64,000 nt of DNA from Octopus vulgaris (taxonomy: Eukaryota), in contig OX597832.1 in assembly GCA_951406725.2 (NCBI GenBank), positions 52,514,001 through 52,578,000 on the forward strand, written 5' to 3'. The position numbers and the translations under genes are program-made. The number at the start of each line of letters is the position of its first letter. Positions within the stretch are counted from its first letter, which is position 1. The notes beneath the pieces were generated by a model that ran no database searches, was not told where the DNA came from, and was given only the letters and a program-made list of their open reading frames with translations. Shown piece by piece: positions 13,376 to 25,533 of the stretch.

Positions 13376-13698
13376 AGGCACAGGAGTAAGTAGCTTGCTT
13401 ACCAACCACATGGTTCCGGGTTCAGTCCCACTCCGACAAAAACCTTGTGAGTGGATTTGGTAGACGGAAAGTGAAAGAAGCCCGTCGTGTGTGTGTAAGC
13501 GAGCAGGCCAACAGAAGAAAGAGTGAGAGAAAGTTGTGGCGAAAGAGTACAGCAAGGATCGCAACCACCCCCTGCCGGAGCTTCGTGGAGTTTTAGGGGT
13601 TTCCGCTCAATAAACACTCACAACGCCCTGTCTGGGAATCGAAACCGCGATCCTACAACCGCGAGTCCACTGCCCTAACCACTGGGCCATTGCGCCTC

Positions 13699-13753
<55 letters not shown>

Positions 13754-13970
13754 GTTTGAGTGTCTGTGTTTGTCCCTCCACCAATCGCTTGTCAACCGAT
13801 GTTGTTGTGTTTACGTCCCCTGTAACTTAGCGGTTCTGCAAAAGAGAACCGACAGAATAAGTACTAGGCTTACACAAAAATAAGTCCTGGGGTCGATTTG
13901 TTCGACTAAAGGCAGTGCTCCAGCATGGCCTCAGTCAAAATGACTGAAACAAATAAAAGAATAAAAGAAT
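13376..13970 (+). mobile_element. family A SINE with a different tRNA-headed SINE (13497-13701, minus) nested in its internal microsatellite
   Basis: Nested element reads ggaggcgcaatggcccagtggttagggcag..gtttcgattccc on the minus strand. Confidence 0.8.
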
Positions 13971-14318
13971 TCACACACACACACACTCACACACACACAT
14001 GCACACATGCATACATACTGCACACATGCATACATACTGCACACATGCATACATACTGCACACATGCATACATACATGCACTCACACACACACACATATA
14101 CACACACCAAAGCACACGGTCATATACCACTAGCGCAAATAACATGTTTACAATCCCTAAAATAACTAGTTTCAGCCATTCATTTAAAACATATCAACCA
14201 CAAGTCACGAGCTTTCCTACCGTGCCCCCCCCCCCCCGTTTTTATATCTTTTGTCCCTTAACCACAGACAGATCAACTTCCCAGAATCAGACACCCATTA
14301 CAACACATACATACACAT

Positions 14319-14690
14319 ATAGGTGCAGGAGTGGCTGAGTGGTAAGCAGCTTGCTTACCAACCACATGGTTCCGGGTTCAATCCCACTGCGTGACACCTT
14401 GGGCAAGTGTCTTCAACTATAGCCTCGGGCCGACCAAAGCCTTGTGAGTGGATTTGGTAGACGGAAACTGAAAGAAGCCCGTCATATATATATATAAATA
14501 TATATGTGTGTGTTTGTGTGTCTGTGTTTGTCCCCCCACCATCGCTTGGCAACCGAGCTTGGTGTGTTCATGTCCCCGTAACTTAGCGGTTCAGCACAAG
14601 AAACCGATAGAATAAGTACTGGGGTCGATTTGTTCGACTAAAGGCGGTGCTCCAGCATGGCCGCAGTCACATGACTGAAACAACTAATAA
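14319..14690 (+). mobile_element. SINE family A; older minus-strand copies at about 16255-16725 and 7030-7150
   Basis: Same head, core and tail motifs. Confidence 0.9.
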
Positions 14691-14787
14691 AAAAAAAAGG
14701 AAAAAGAAAGAAAGAAAGAAAGAAAGAAAAGAAATGTTTCCTTCAAGAAATATCATAAGCAAATTTCCAAAGAAATACGAACTCACG

Positions 14788-14827
<40 letters not shown>

Positions 14828-15418
14828 AGCGCGCGTGCGCACACAAACACAAACGAGCGCGCGTGCGCACACAAACACAAACGAGTGCGCGCACACATAC
14901 ACACACACAGACAAACACACGAATTATTTGTCCAAAACAAAAATCATACGAAGAACAGATACCCTCACAGAACAATCGCCCCCCAAATCACTCAACAATA
15001 AAAAGCACCATTCATTAGAAATAAAAGCAGAAGAACACACCCTTAATTACTTTTTCGAATAAACCTATTCAAAAACATTTAACTAAAATACCTTACACAC
15101 ACACACACAAACGCACACAAGCAAAAACAAAAAAAAAATTGAATAAATACTCAAAAACACCCACCATCAACTCACCAACAAGCCATAAACAAATTAATGC
15201 CACTCCATCCACCTCCCATCTACGATTGCCAAAAATACAAACATCGTACCACACGTATAACACATACAACCAATGAAAAACACGTAAAAACTACCCAATG
15301 AACAAACACAAATACTAGATCACGCGCGCACGTGCACCAATGAATACATAGATATACATACATACTTAAACACAGACATACACATACGCATATATACCAC
15401 CAATGCTTATTTGTAAGA

Positions 15419-15463
15419 GTTTTGCCTGATGATCGCAGGGACGTGAAACTCGAGCCGCGAGAC
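15419..15463 (+). ncRNA. degenerate type I hammerhead motif
   Basis: GUUUUGC-CUGAUGA-UCG(CAGGGA)CGU-GAAAC-UCGA-GCC|GCGAGAC; 7-bp helix I with G-U pairs, palindromic CUCGAG helix III, U16.1 changed to C. Confidence 0.55.
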
Positions 15464-15888
15464 AAACTCTCAACAATTTCAATAACAAGATTAAAAAAAA
15501 ATTCATATCTTCTACAACATGTATTGAGCATTCCTCTTTCGTTCGTTCCACGTAGAGCAATGTAGGTATACACACTCAGGTTCGTCCGTCGGAGCTACGA
15601 GGACCGTCTGGTCACCCTTAAGGATGAATGATGACTGGCGCACTGTCAACCCTCACTCTTTTGTCCATGATCTTCTTCAATCCAGGGACAAGACGAAATC
15701 AAGACGATTGAAGACGGAGACGGGTGCAGCGGACGACCGAGATGCTTCGCCTTGCTCTCTACAATTCACAATGCGTTGCTACAGCCGCTGCACCTCCATT
15801 GGACCATGAAGGTTTCTTCCACAGAGCCCACTAGATCTAGTCTTCACATGTACATGTAGGCAAACTCTAATATATTAATTAACCCATA

Positions 15889-16076
15889 ACTGAGAGTATT
15901 AAGGGCCCTCGGGCATAACTGTCATTGATTTAGAAGAGCTAAAATGTAGAGTGCGCCCCCAACCCCGAGCTCTGAGGGCCCCGCACTCAACAAGTTAACT
16001 CTACTAAAACACACATTCAAAGGGGCCCGGTAAACAGTTATGCCCGAGAGCCCTTAATACTCTCAGTCCGCCCCTG
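15889..16076. mobile_element. small hAT-like MITE, left terminus truncated
   Basis: Inverted arms actgagagtattaagggccctcgggcataactgt / acagttatgcccgagagcccttaatactctcagt; right end ccgcccctg. Confidence 0.6.
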
Positions 16077-16512
16077 GGCGTTACTATTGTGGGTCAGAAT
16101 AGATCTGGAAACATTAGTGACTAAGAAGTGGTTCCATACTGCTCAAAACCCTGGAACTTTCGAACTAGCGTCCCACTACTGGATGCAATTTCAAATCATA
16201 CCCAGGACAAACGTATAAACACACACACACATATATATATAGGTACGTCTTATATCTTCAATTTGTTTCAGTCAATAGACTGCGGCCATGCTGGGGCATC
16301 ACCATGAAGAATTTTTAGTCGAATGATTCGAACCCAGTACTTTTTTTTTTGTTAAGCCTGGTACTTATTCTATCGGACCTCTTTTGCCGAACTGCTAAGT
16401 TACTGGACGCATACACTACGACACCGTTTTTCAAGCGGTATGAGTGGTAGGGAACAGACACAGACACAAAGACACACACATAGGTTTATACATACACACA
16501 CACACACGCTTG

Positions 16513-16565
<53 letters not shown>

Positions 16566-17247
16566 GACGTGTTTCTTTCAGTTTCCGTCTACCAAATCCA
16601 CTCACATGACTTTCGTCGACCCGACGCTATAGTAGAAGACACTTGCCCAAGGTGCCACGCAGTGGGACTGAACCCGAAACTATGTGGTTGCAAAGCAAGC
16701 TTCTTACCGCACTGTCATGCCTGCACTATCTACACTGCCTCGCCTCTACATACATACATACATACATACATACATACATACATACAAAAATGCCCTGTTG
16801 TTGATGTTGAAATTCCAATGAAAGAGCCTTGGATCTAGGTTAGAAACCGGCTCTTTCTCAATTGGCAAGAGATCTTGAAATAAAACCGAACAATGGACAT
16901 ACACATAGTGACATGTATACAGACCGCATACATTTATAAGAATTGAATTCCAAAGCACCCAGCATCCACGGCTATAATTAGAAACTAATTTACTGGCGTT
17001 GTTAATAAGTTTCTCTAATTTAAGAATCACCAACGTATTCTCAGATAGAGATATCTTCGCCAGAGCTACGCCCAATCGCAAGGAAATGATAGCGAGGAGT
17101 GTCTTTAGTGAAAAGTGAGTGAACAGAATACAACGTAACCTTTATGTTGCGCGCGCACATTTTGCAACTAACGTACAAGGGAGGAAATGTGCACATTCAG
17201 GCTTGCAAAGAAGAAATTAATCGAATAATTTCATAATAAAAATTTGG

Positions 17248-17669
17248 GGATCTTTTCGGTTTGAACGGCAGTTTTTTAAGAATAATTTCCACGTAACTAA
17301 AAAATGTAAAACTTCGTATTCTGGTAGAATGTGTTTATAAAACATCTTTTTCTCTTGGCTTTATTGAGAAAATTCTATGGTTTGTAAGATATTTATTGTT
17401 TTTTTCTTCAATTTCTGCAATTTCAACCAATCAGTGACGTCTATTGAGTTAAAAAACATTCTATGCCGTATGAATATGTCCCTCGTTTAAGAAACAGATT
17501 GGGTTTATTTACATTTGTGAAGAAAAAAAGATACCCTTCCCCCACTCCTAACCCTAACCAACCCTAAAAGAGATTGAAATGCAATAGATCGATTCTAGGG
17601 TCATAATTATGGGTGACAATTTCATATGACACCGCGAGAAAAAAACTGCCGTTCAAACCGAAAAGATCC
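17248..17669. mobile_element. MITE with GG termini and 8-bp TSD (Merlin-like)
   Basis: About 30-bp perfect TIR ggatcttttcggtttgaacggcagtttttt; TSD aaatttgg / aaattttg; internal ccctaa repeats; a fragment also occurs at about 2127-2210. Confidence 0.85.
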
Positions 17670-18034
17670 AAATTTTGAATAATATACACATAAAAATAAT
17701 GTGCGTTTGCTTAGATGGTCAATAAGGCATTTAAACGATGTTAACTCCATTTGGATGTGCTCATAGTTTGCGAAGAAAAAGGAAAAACTTTTACACATGC
17801 AAATTTCTGCGCACATTCACAGCAAACTATTATGGTTAATTAGAAAACACCACTTCTGACGTCACATCACATACCACAACCCCAATTCCGGACACACTTT
17901 TGCCACTGTAGAAATTAATCCACCTGTCGATTAAAACAGCATCTTCTACCCTTTTTTTTTTCGCACGATGGGCCCCTGTCATGCAAAACAGTTTCCCCAC
18001 GGACTCGAGGTCACGCGCATACCAAAATACAATA

Positions 18035-18341
18035 AAGTGGAACCTCGGTTTACGAACGTAATTCGTTCAAGTCCGTTCGACACCCGAAATGTTCGTAAAC
18101 CGAAACTATTTTACCCATAGGAAATTCAAGATAAGACACGGCGAATTCAAACAGGAATGTGCACAGAACAAAAGCTAGACAACTGACACTCTCCTGTTGA
18201 CACTCCCGGCTTGTCGCCAACTATTGTTGCCGTGGCATGTTCATTACTCGAGACACCGTCACCCGAGACGTTTTATGTTCGAAAAATTGTTCGTAAGTCG
18301 ATTTGTTCATGATGAGACGTTCGTAAACCGACGTCCCACTG
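18035..18341. mobile_element. Tigger/pogo-like MITE
   Basis: agtggaacctcggtttacgaac / gttcgtaaaccgacgtcccact termini with repeated ttcgtaaac motifs. Confidence 0.7.
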
Positions 18342-19246
18342 TGTATAATTTAATTATTACACATAAACATACGATAGTCAATAAATAGACCTGATGACTA
18401 CAACAGTCAATAGAAACGAATCTTAAAAATTATTCTTTCTGCGCGGTCCGGTACCAAATGATCCACTGCCCGATACTGATCCGCAGCCTCGTAATGAGAG
18501 ACCCCTGGTCTAGAACTTTTGAATCTTCTCATGAGATACCATTTCCCAAGCATACAAATGCGGAGAGCTTTTTACAGTGCAATGTTAAGGATAGGTAGAA
18601 AACATCGCTTCCAATATCACATCACATACTACAACAGAAAATGCATACATTTGTTGTTGGCATCATTTTTGTCTCGGGAGACAATGGAGTTGTGCATAAA
18701 ATAATCTTGTCCGGCTTTTACATTTCATGTCCTAATACATTTCCTGCTGTGACTGTGTAGTCCTATCCTGGACAAACACTCCCTCTGGCAGGTGCCGCAA
18801 ATATAGCGAAGACTTTTCCTGGCTGTTTGTAATGTCATAGTTTCTTGTTGACATCTTTTCACATCGCACACTACAACAGAAAATGCATACAGTAAGGCAG
18901 CCCTTATTACAGACGCACCCTTGCAACTGTAGAAATCAATTCACCTGTCCACCATATTTCAAAGTTGTGATTTATAGGACGACCATCACCATGTCCGTCG
19001 CTACTGGACGGCACTGCCCCCTTACTATTTATTCAATGGTGAACCCTCAGATTTACAGCAATTCACTTATTTCGAAACTCCACTATAGCATTATTACAAA
19101 TTAGTGTTCATCCAGAATATTTCGAAGCACCCCTTAGGCACCTAAGTTTGGCAACGGGCCTGACCACCACCCCATCACAACCATCGAAATTTCAGTCAGT
19201 CATATAAACTTCTTTAGATCTATAACGGAGATGAGAAATGAGGAAA

Positions 19247-19759
19247 TCTATATATATAAAACTGTAGTTGTGTGAGTGTCTGTCCCCTTCGATTTAGATT
19301 CCTAACTACTCCCACATTTTGCGGTGCAGTTTAACCAAATTCGGGTATCTTATAGTCGTGATTCATATCGAGCACGTCTGGGTATTAGCGCGCGTCTACG
19401 ATGAGTCTACGATTTTTAAAATAATTTAACATCATTTTTTATTCCATTTTAATGCATATTTTTTCGTGTGTCGATGGCGGCGGAGTTGGCGTCCACGCTC
19501 ACACCTGCACCTGTTTGCTTCTCCCCCTTCTTCCCTCCCTCGTGAAGCTGTGGGGAAGGGAGTGTAAGGAAATCAACGTCGTAATGCGTTGTCAAGGAGA
19601 CCAGCGTTCTTTTAGAACAACGACTTCATGGCTTGAAGACACCAAAACAGAAATGGCTAAGAAAGCCCAAATTGGCATCTATAAGGGAATTAACTCTCTA
19701 AAAATGCTTATATAGTTATTTCCCTTACAAACCCGAGCAACGCCGGGCGATACTGCTAG
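19247..19759 (+). mobile_element. non-autonomous Helitron
   Basis: A|TC...CTAG|T termini, subterminal hairpin cccgagcaacgccggg, no TSD. Confidence 0.85.
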
Positions 19760-22056
19760 TGATATATATACGACTTGAGATGAAAATGAACTGGTAAATG
19801 ACGATTTATTCTCCGTTATAAAATACAATGATTGCCATACAAGAAATAAAATAACATAAGAGGTTACAACAAAGATGTGTGAGAGGCTTCGTGGTTAAGC
19901 TGGACCGTTCATCTTGTAGACTTAGTTGACGTACTGTTTGGTGGTGTGTCTTAGAGGCAGCTGTTGGTTGTATAGTGTTCATACAGAAACGATGAAGGCG
20001 AGTGTATGGTGGAGGTGAAAGCGAAGACTGGCTGGTGTCAGATAGATCGTTGCCGGAGACGAGTTGCGTGTGGTCAGTGGCGTATACCAATGACCTAGAG
20101 CAGTCGAGAACTGCCGTCTATATAGAGAATATGTTTCTTTATTACCCACAAGGGGCTAAACATAGAGGGGACAAACAAGGACAAACGAATTAAGTCGATT
20201 ACATCGACCTCAGTGCGTAGCTAGTACTTAATTTATCGACCCCGAGAGGATGAAAGGCAAAGTCGACCTCGGCGGAATTTGAACTCAGAACGTAACAGCA
20301 GACGAAATACGGTTACGCATTTCGCCCGGCGTGCTAACGGTTCTGCCAGCTCGCCAGGCTCCCAGGAGCTGGTGATTGGTTTCCCGCGTAAGGAAAAAAA
20401 TGAACTGTTGTACCAACACGATTGGACGGCAGGAAACCAACCAATACAAACAACAGGTTCGTTTAAACACGAGGCCATGTGACCTGGCGGAACAAAAAGG
20501 CTTGCGAAGCCGATATTCGGTTAGTTAAGCCTAGATGAGTCAAAGCGAAGATGTTTCTTACATAATGTCTGTAAATCACTTATGCTACAGTTTCATAAAC
20601 AAGGACCACTCAATTGCTTCAGATAGGAGAGTAAAGAAGTCGTAGCCTGTATGAATTGACTGTAGGACTGTCGCTCCGTTATCTGGCGAACTGAGCAATC
20701 GATGACGGCGAGAAAATATCAATCAAAATATCTGAATAACCTGAACAAAATTTCTCAATTCAACTAAATACCTGAAAACTTAGTAATACTGAGAGCAGAT
20801 GAAGTCACTCTTGAAAGTGGAGGATAAGGGTGAGATAAGGCGGAATGACGATCGGGTAGTGTGATAATGTAACCTGTCGCATAATTTGGTGTGAAATATT
20901 TCAGATTTTGTCAGATAACCGATTTATTCGGTGGTTGTAAAATTCGACAGCATTTTTTTTTTTAGCTGGTGTAAAGAGATATGTTGGCTGGAGGAAAAAA
21001 GAAAACAGAGAAAGGCACGTCTGTTATAGAACCCCGGTGTGAATATCCTAGTGCTGGCCCTGGTTGATTGATGTGTAACATTCCATCCACCCAACAGTAG
21101 ACTTGCGTATATGATATTACGACCATCAGGAAGGAATTCCGCTAAAACAACGATGTATGTTCTATTACAACTAGGGCACTATTTTTAGTTATTTCACGTT
21201 TTGTACTATTTATAAACATAGTACACGCTCGTTGAAACATGATAAGAATTTAGAGCCATTTTGAAGTTTACTCTAATGTTTAGCACAAGGTATTTCGTTT
21301 CCTATTACTGTAAACTAACAAACTTCAAAAAACTTTAACTCCTTAATTTCTCGCAATATGCAATTAACAATTGTTTGAGGTAGATTAATGCTCAAGAAAT
21401 GTTTTTCGCGAGGTTTGGAGTGATATAAGAAGCCCGATCTATCATTACTATCAGCACATTTTCTGTCGCTTCATCCCACTCTGTTTTAGAATTATATAAA
21501 AGAATGTATTGCGTAACATACCAAGAGATTATTTTTACCTATGGAGCATACGTGCCTGACAACCGAAGGATTGTGATTTTGACCTAGTTGCCCGCCCTAA
21601 CTCAGACTTGCAATGAAAGGTTAAATATATATATTCTCGTGTAGAATTAAATAATTTATTTTATAACAAATTATATAGCCACTCTTTTTTTTTTTATTGT
21701 TTTGAAATATATTAGTCTGTTAAAATATCCATAAGTCTAATTCCTAATGCTTAAATACTTGCATTAAAAATAGTTGTTTAGTGACAGCTTCGGTGTCTTT
21801 TAACATCTGGTGTAAGTTTCTAACATCTGTGACATATCCAATGTATATTTGTTATAAATGGTATTTAATTTTATTTTAAAATGTTATACTGCATATTGTT
21901 CTTCACAGACAGTGTCTATGTTAGTTGTTACACCATTTTCTTCGATTATAATGTCATTAATATCGGGAATGCTTTATTTTATCGCCTCTGGGTGATAAAA
22001 GGCCTCTGACTGAATAAAAAGTAAACCTCGCTGGGATTTGAAAGTAAACATTATTT

Positions 22057-22464
22057 GGGGCGAGACTTCCTTTTGTACCGCACAAAAAACACTCATTTTA
22101 TTTTACTTTATTTTATTTTTTCTACTCAAACCCCCGTTATCAGCTACAGAGAATACGAATCTGCAAAAAAAAATCGGCATTTTGAAATTCATTTTAAACT
22201 TTTTTCAGATTTTTGTTTTATATGCGGAAAAATACGGAGATTATGATTCTGAAAAAAAATTTTTATAGTTACTATTAGGGTTTTAGAATTACGGTTAGTG
22301 TTTTAGGGTTACAGTTACGGAAAAAAGTGAAAAATGAAGAAATTGGGAAGGGAGGGCCGAAATTTCAAAATGCAGATTTTTGGCAATTTTCCGGAATCTC
22401 CGTATCCGAAAACGGGGAGTTTTGGCAAAAAAAAAAATGGGGGGACAGGAGGAAGTCTTTCCTC
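22057..22464. mobile_element. degenerate MITE-like element
   Basis: Imperfect terminal arms ggcgagacttccttttgtacc / gggacaggaggaagtctttcc; internal degenerate ttaggg-like repeats. Confidence 0.45.
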
Positions 22465-25400
22465 ATTTTGTTTCAATGCTTCAACTGGACTGTATACCAA
22501 ATGTAAGGGAACCAAACAGGCCATTAAGGCACAGCAGAATTGATTGAGTATTGTGACTAGAGAGAGCTCAGTCAATTCTTGGTTCGATGGTGTGATTTGG
22601 CAGGGAACTTCTGACCCAAGAGTCGAGACAGATGGAACTAAGAGGCAGACTGATCGGAGAATGCTTTGGTAATGCAGAATAATAAAAATTATTTTCATCA
22701 AATTTATCGAGGGCCAAAACCCATAATTCGTTCATATTTTATGGGTTAATTCTCTTGTAGATGTGTTGAAGTGTAACACCTTGCTATATTAGATATTGGT
22801 AGAATATTGACCTCGTACAAACACGCCAAGGGCGAAAGCATCATCAGTCACTTCAAACCTAGGACTTCAGCACTATTAAGGGCTATCCATTACACTCAAA
22901 CTAGTCCTTATCTTCTCGAGAACATGTACCTATTCTCTCCAAATTCTACAGTTTTCTTTGTCAACTGAAAATAATTCCGATTTTGGGAAACACGCTAGTG
23001 TGTTCCATTCCCGAAAAGGGCACGTCACTGAAGACCCCAGGCATGCCAATTTGTTACTTGTTGGGTGACTAGGTTTATCCTGGGACGGCAGGGATCAAGT
23101 TACTGTGTACCATCACCGGGAGGTGATACTTTGGTTTCTTTCTAGGCAGCCGATGTACCGTCAAGATGAGGCTTACGCGTTCGGCTCTCCATTTTGCATT
23201 TCTCTGAAAGCTGAAAATGGGTAGTTGACTCGTGCACAATCTCGTTAACTCACTAGACCAGGCATGAACAATCTCTTTTCAAAAAGCGGGCCACATAAAC
23301 ACGGCTCATTATCAAGCGGGCCGCACCACTAAAAAGAAACTCAAGATAATCTTTCATTAAGCGTGCCATTTCAGAAAGTCCCGCCAACCGCAGTTTGCCC
23401 TGACTACACTTTTCAACGCCTTCTTGCTAAAATTCGGCAAAATTAAATACACCTGATGTACATATGCATTTATATGCACAAACAAGCTAGGATGTTTACT
23501 AACACTGCGAGTGCAGTGGCTGTCTTTATTGTATATATGGAAATACCCACAAATTTTGACGTCTTTTGACTTACACATTAGTTTATTGTTCATAATTTAC
23601 ATGCGTAGATAATTTATATTCGCTTTTGCTTTTTTAATTACTCACATTTTATAATCTATAATTACAGCTGATGTTATCGTTGTTGTGATTGCGGCTAAAA
23701 AGCATTTTATCAAAATATTACAACAATTTTTGTGTTTCTAAAGTCAATATTTAAGTAGGAGTTCAGTGACTAAAAATAACGACATATTGTATCAATCGCC
23801 CCCTAACAACCCCGCCCTCTGTCCCCAGTACCCAAGCAAAATTTTCCACTGCCTCCCAGGGAGCGCAACCGCCCACTCTGAAAAGCGCTGCACTTGACGC
23901 ATCATAGCCACCAAATGACGTACAGTCTATAAATATAATTCTGCCAACAACAACAACAAACATTATATTATACGATATTAGTTATATATTTTGTAGAACA
24001 CCTAGACCGTGACGCGGTTTGAAGCTGTTTCACTTTTTCCTCCGCAGATCCTGGGAAAAGCATAAACCTAAAAATTCAACATTTCTCTTCTAGTATACAA
24101 GTTTCTCTGTATCTCTCTCTCTCTCTCCCTCTCTTAACACTGCTAATGTCATTAAGAGAAGAATGCTGAATAAATCCTACCATTCCTTCTAATACACCTA
24201 TTAAGAAAGTATGATTAGAAAAAGATATGTAAAGTTGTTTGAACTCAGGTCAGCTTTGCTGAAGCAGACTTGTATCAAAATATTCTAGCTAATCTTATTT
24301 TCAAACAATGTATCCATGGCTACTTAGTTTCTTAAACTATCGAACCGCGAAGCACAGTTTATGTTGAACAAATCCACTCATATACAGGTTTATTGATTAA
24401 TCAACCCTAGGTAAATAAATAGCATACACCTTAAGACAGTGAACAATGAGATCGAGGTTGGGAAACTTAATTTCTTAATTACCATCGTACCTATGTCTAC
24501 GCTATCCAATTCCAATGTGTCCTTCCACTTTGAAGATGGCCATGTGTTGTTTGAGAGAAATTTGATTGTTATTTCTAGTAGACCGAGCGAACGCATAGAG
24601 GAGCTCTCTGACTTGAAATATAAAAGTTTTTAGAATTAAGGGATCTTTTCAATGGATCTATCAATACAAAGATAAATTTAATGAATATTGGGAAGAGTAT
24701 GTATTTAGAAAACAATATATTGGAAGAATATGATATTTCGAAATGATTTGTTATAAACGATCTGATATTTATCGATTTGAAAGAGTTTTTAAAAAAAAAT
24801 ACTAAAAATATCCCTAAAGCATCCTTCCTAGGTGTGAAAGGAATTCTAATAAGTGATTAATTTAAGTGCAGATATTAAAACAGATGTTCAATTTTACAAG
24901 TTGAAGGAACCTCAGAGAAAATCTCGAATAACGGGTGGATATGCTAAAGTATTTATAAAGAAAATGTAATTAAATTATAACACATGGATATGACAAACTA
25001 TTTATAAGAAGAAAGAAAAAGAAATTAAATCTTTTTTCTTTTTGCCAATGATGGTAAAAGTGAGATTAGATGTAATGTAGAAAGAATTAGCAGAGCTGGC
25101 AATGACTACAGAGAAATTGCATTCAGTAGTAAACAGAAGCAATAGTTGCTGAAAATGTTGGCTAACGATCGGCTGACTACTAAAGTTTCAGATAAGACAG
25201 AAGAAAGGCTAGCTTAGTGCTGCTAGTTTATAAAAGACTGAGGGGAAATTAAAACTGCTGAGTTCTCGCCATGTGGCACTGGAGCTTCCCAGGGACATAA
25301 GAACGGTCTTTTTTAAGGTTTTTAACTGCTTTTCTTTAAAATATTGCTGCCACGATGATTAGTACAAATAATCTTTCTTAAGTAAAAAGACTGAACTTTA

Positions 25401-25496
25401 AACGGAATGAGGGATCTTTACGAAAGATTTCGTTTCACTTTGTGAATATTTTTTTCTCTCTGCGATGTTTTCTGTTGATTCTCCAATTACTTCAGG

Positions 25497-25533
25497 ATGG
25501 CAGCAGGAGCTTACCACGGTAGCTTAGTAAAAG
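25497..25533 (+). CDS. candidate first coding exon of an unidentified long-intron gene (MAAGAYHGSLVK+1 nt)
   Basis: AGGATGG Kozak context, 37-nt open frame, consensus donor AAG|GTAAGT at 25534, preceded by about 500 bp of repeat-free sequence. Protein not recognised. Confidence 0.55.

Noticed and set aside
17543-17567. CCCTAA telomere-like repeats (also near 6947 and 53908)
   Set aside because: Only 2-3 units, internal to a MITE or isolated; not a telomere.
18391-18425. CTGATGA...GAAACG
   Set aside because: Helix II register, helix III and helix I do not pair. Other lone cores at 8805, 22844, 23030, 29557, 41184, 48991 and 56396 also lack a suitably placed GAAA.
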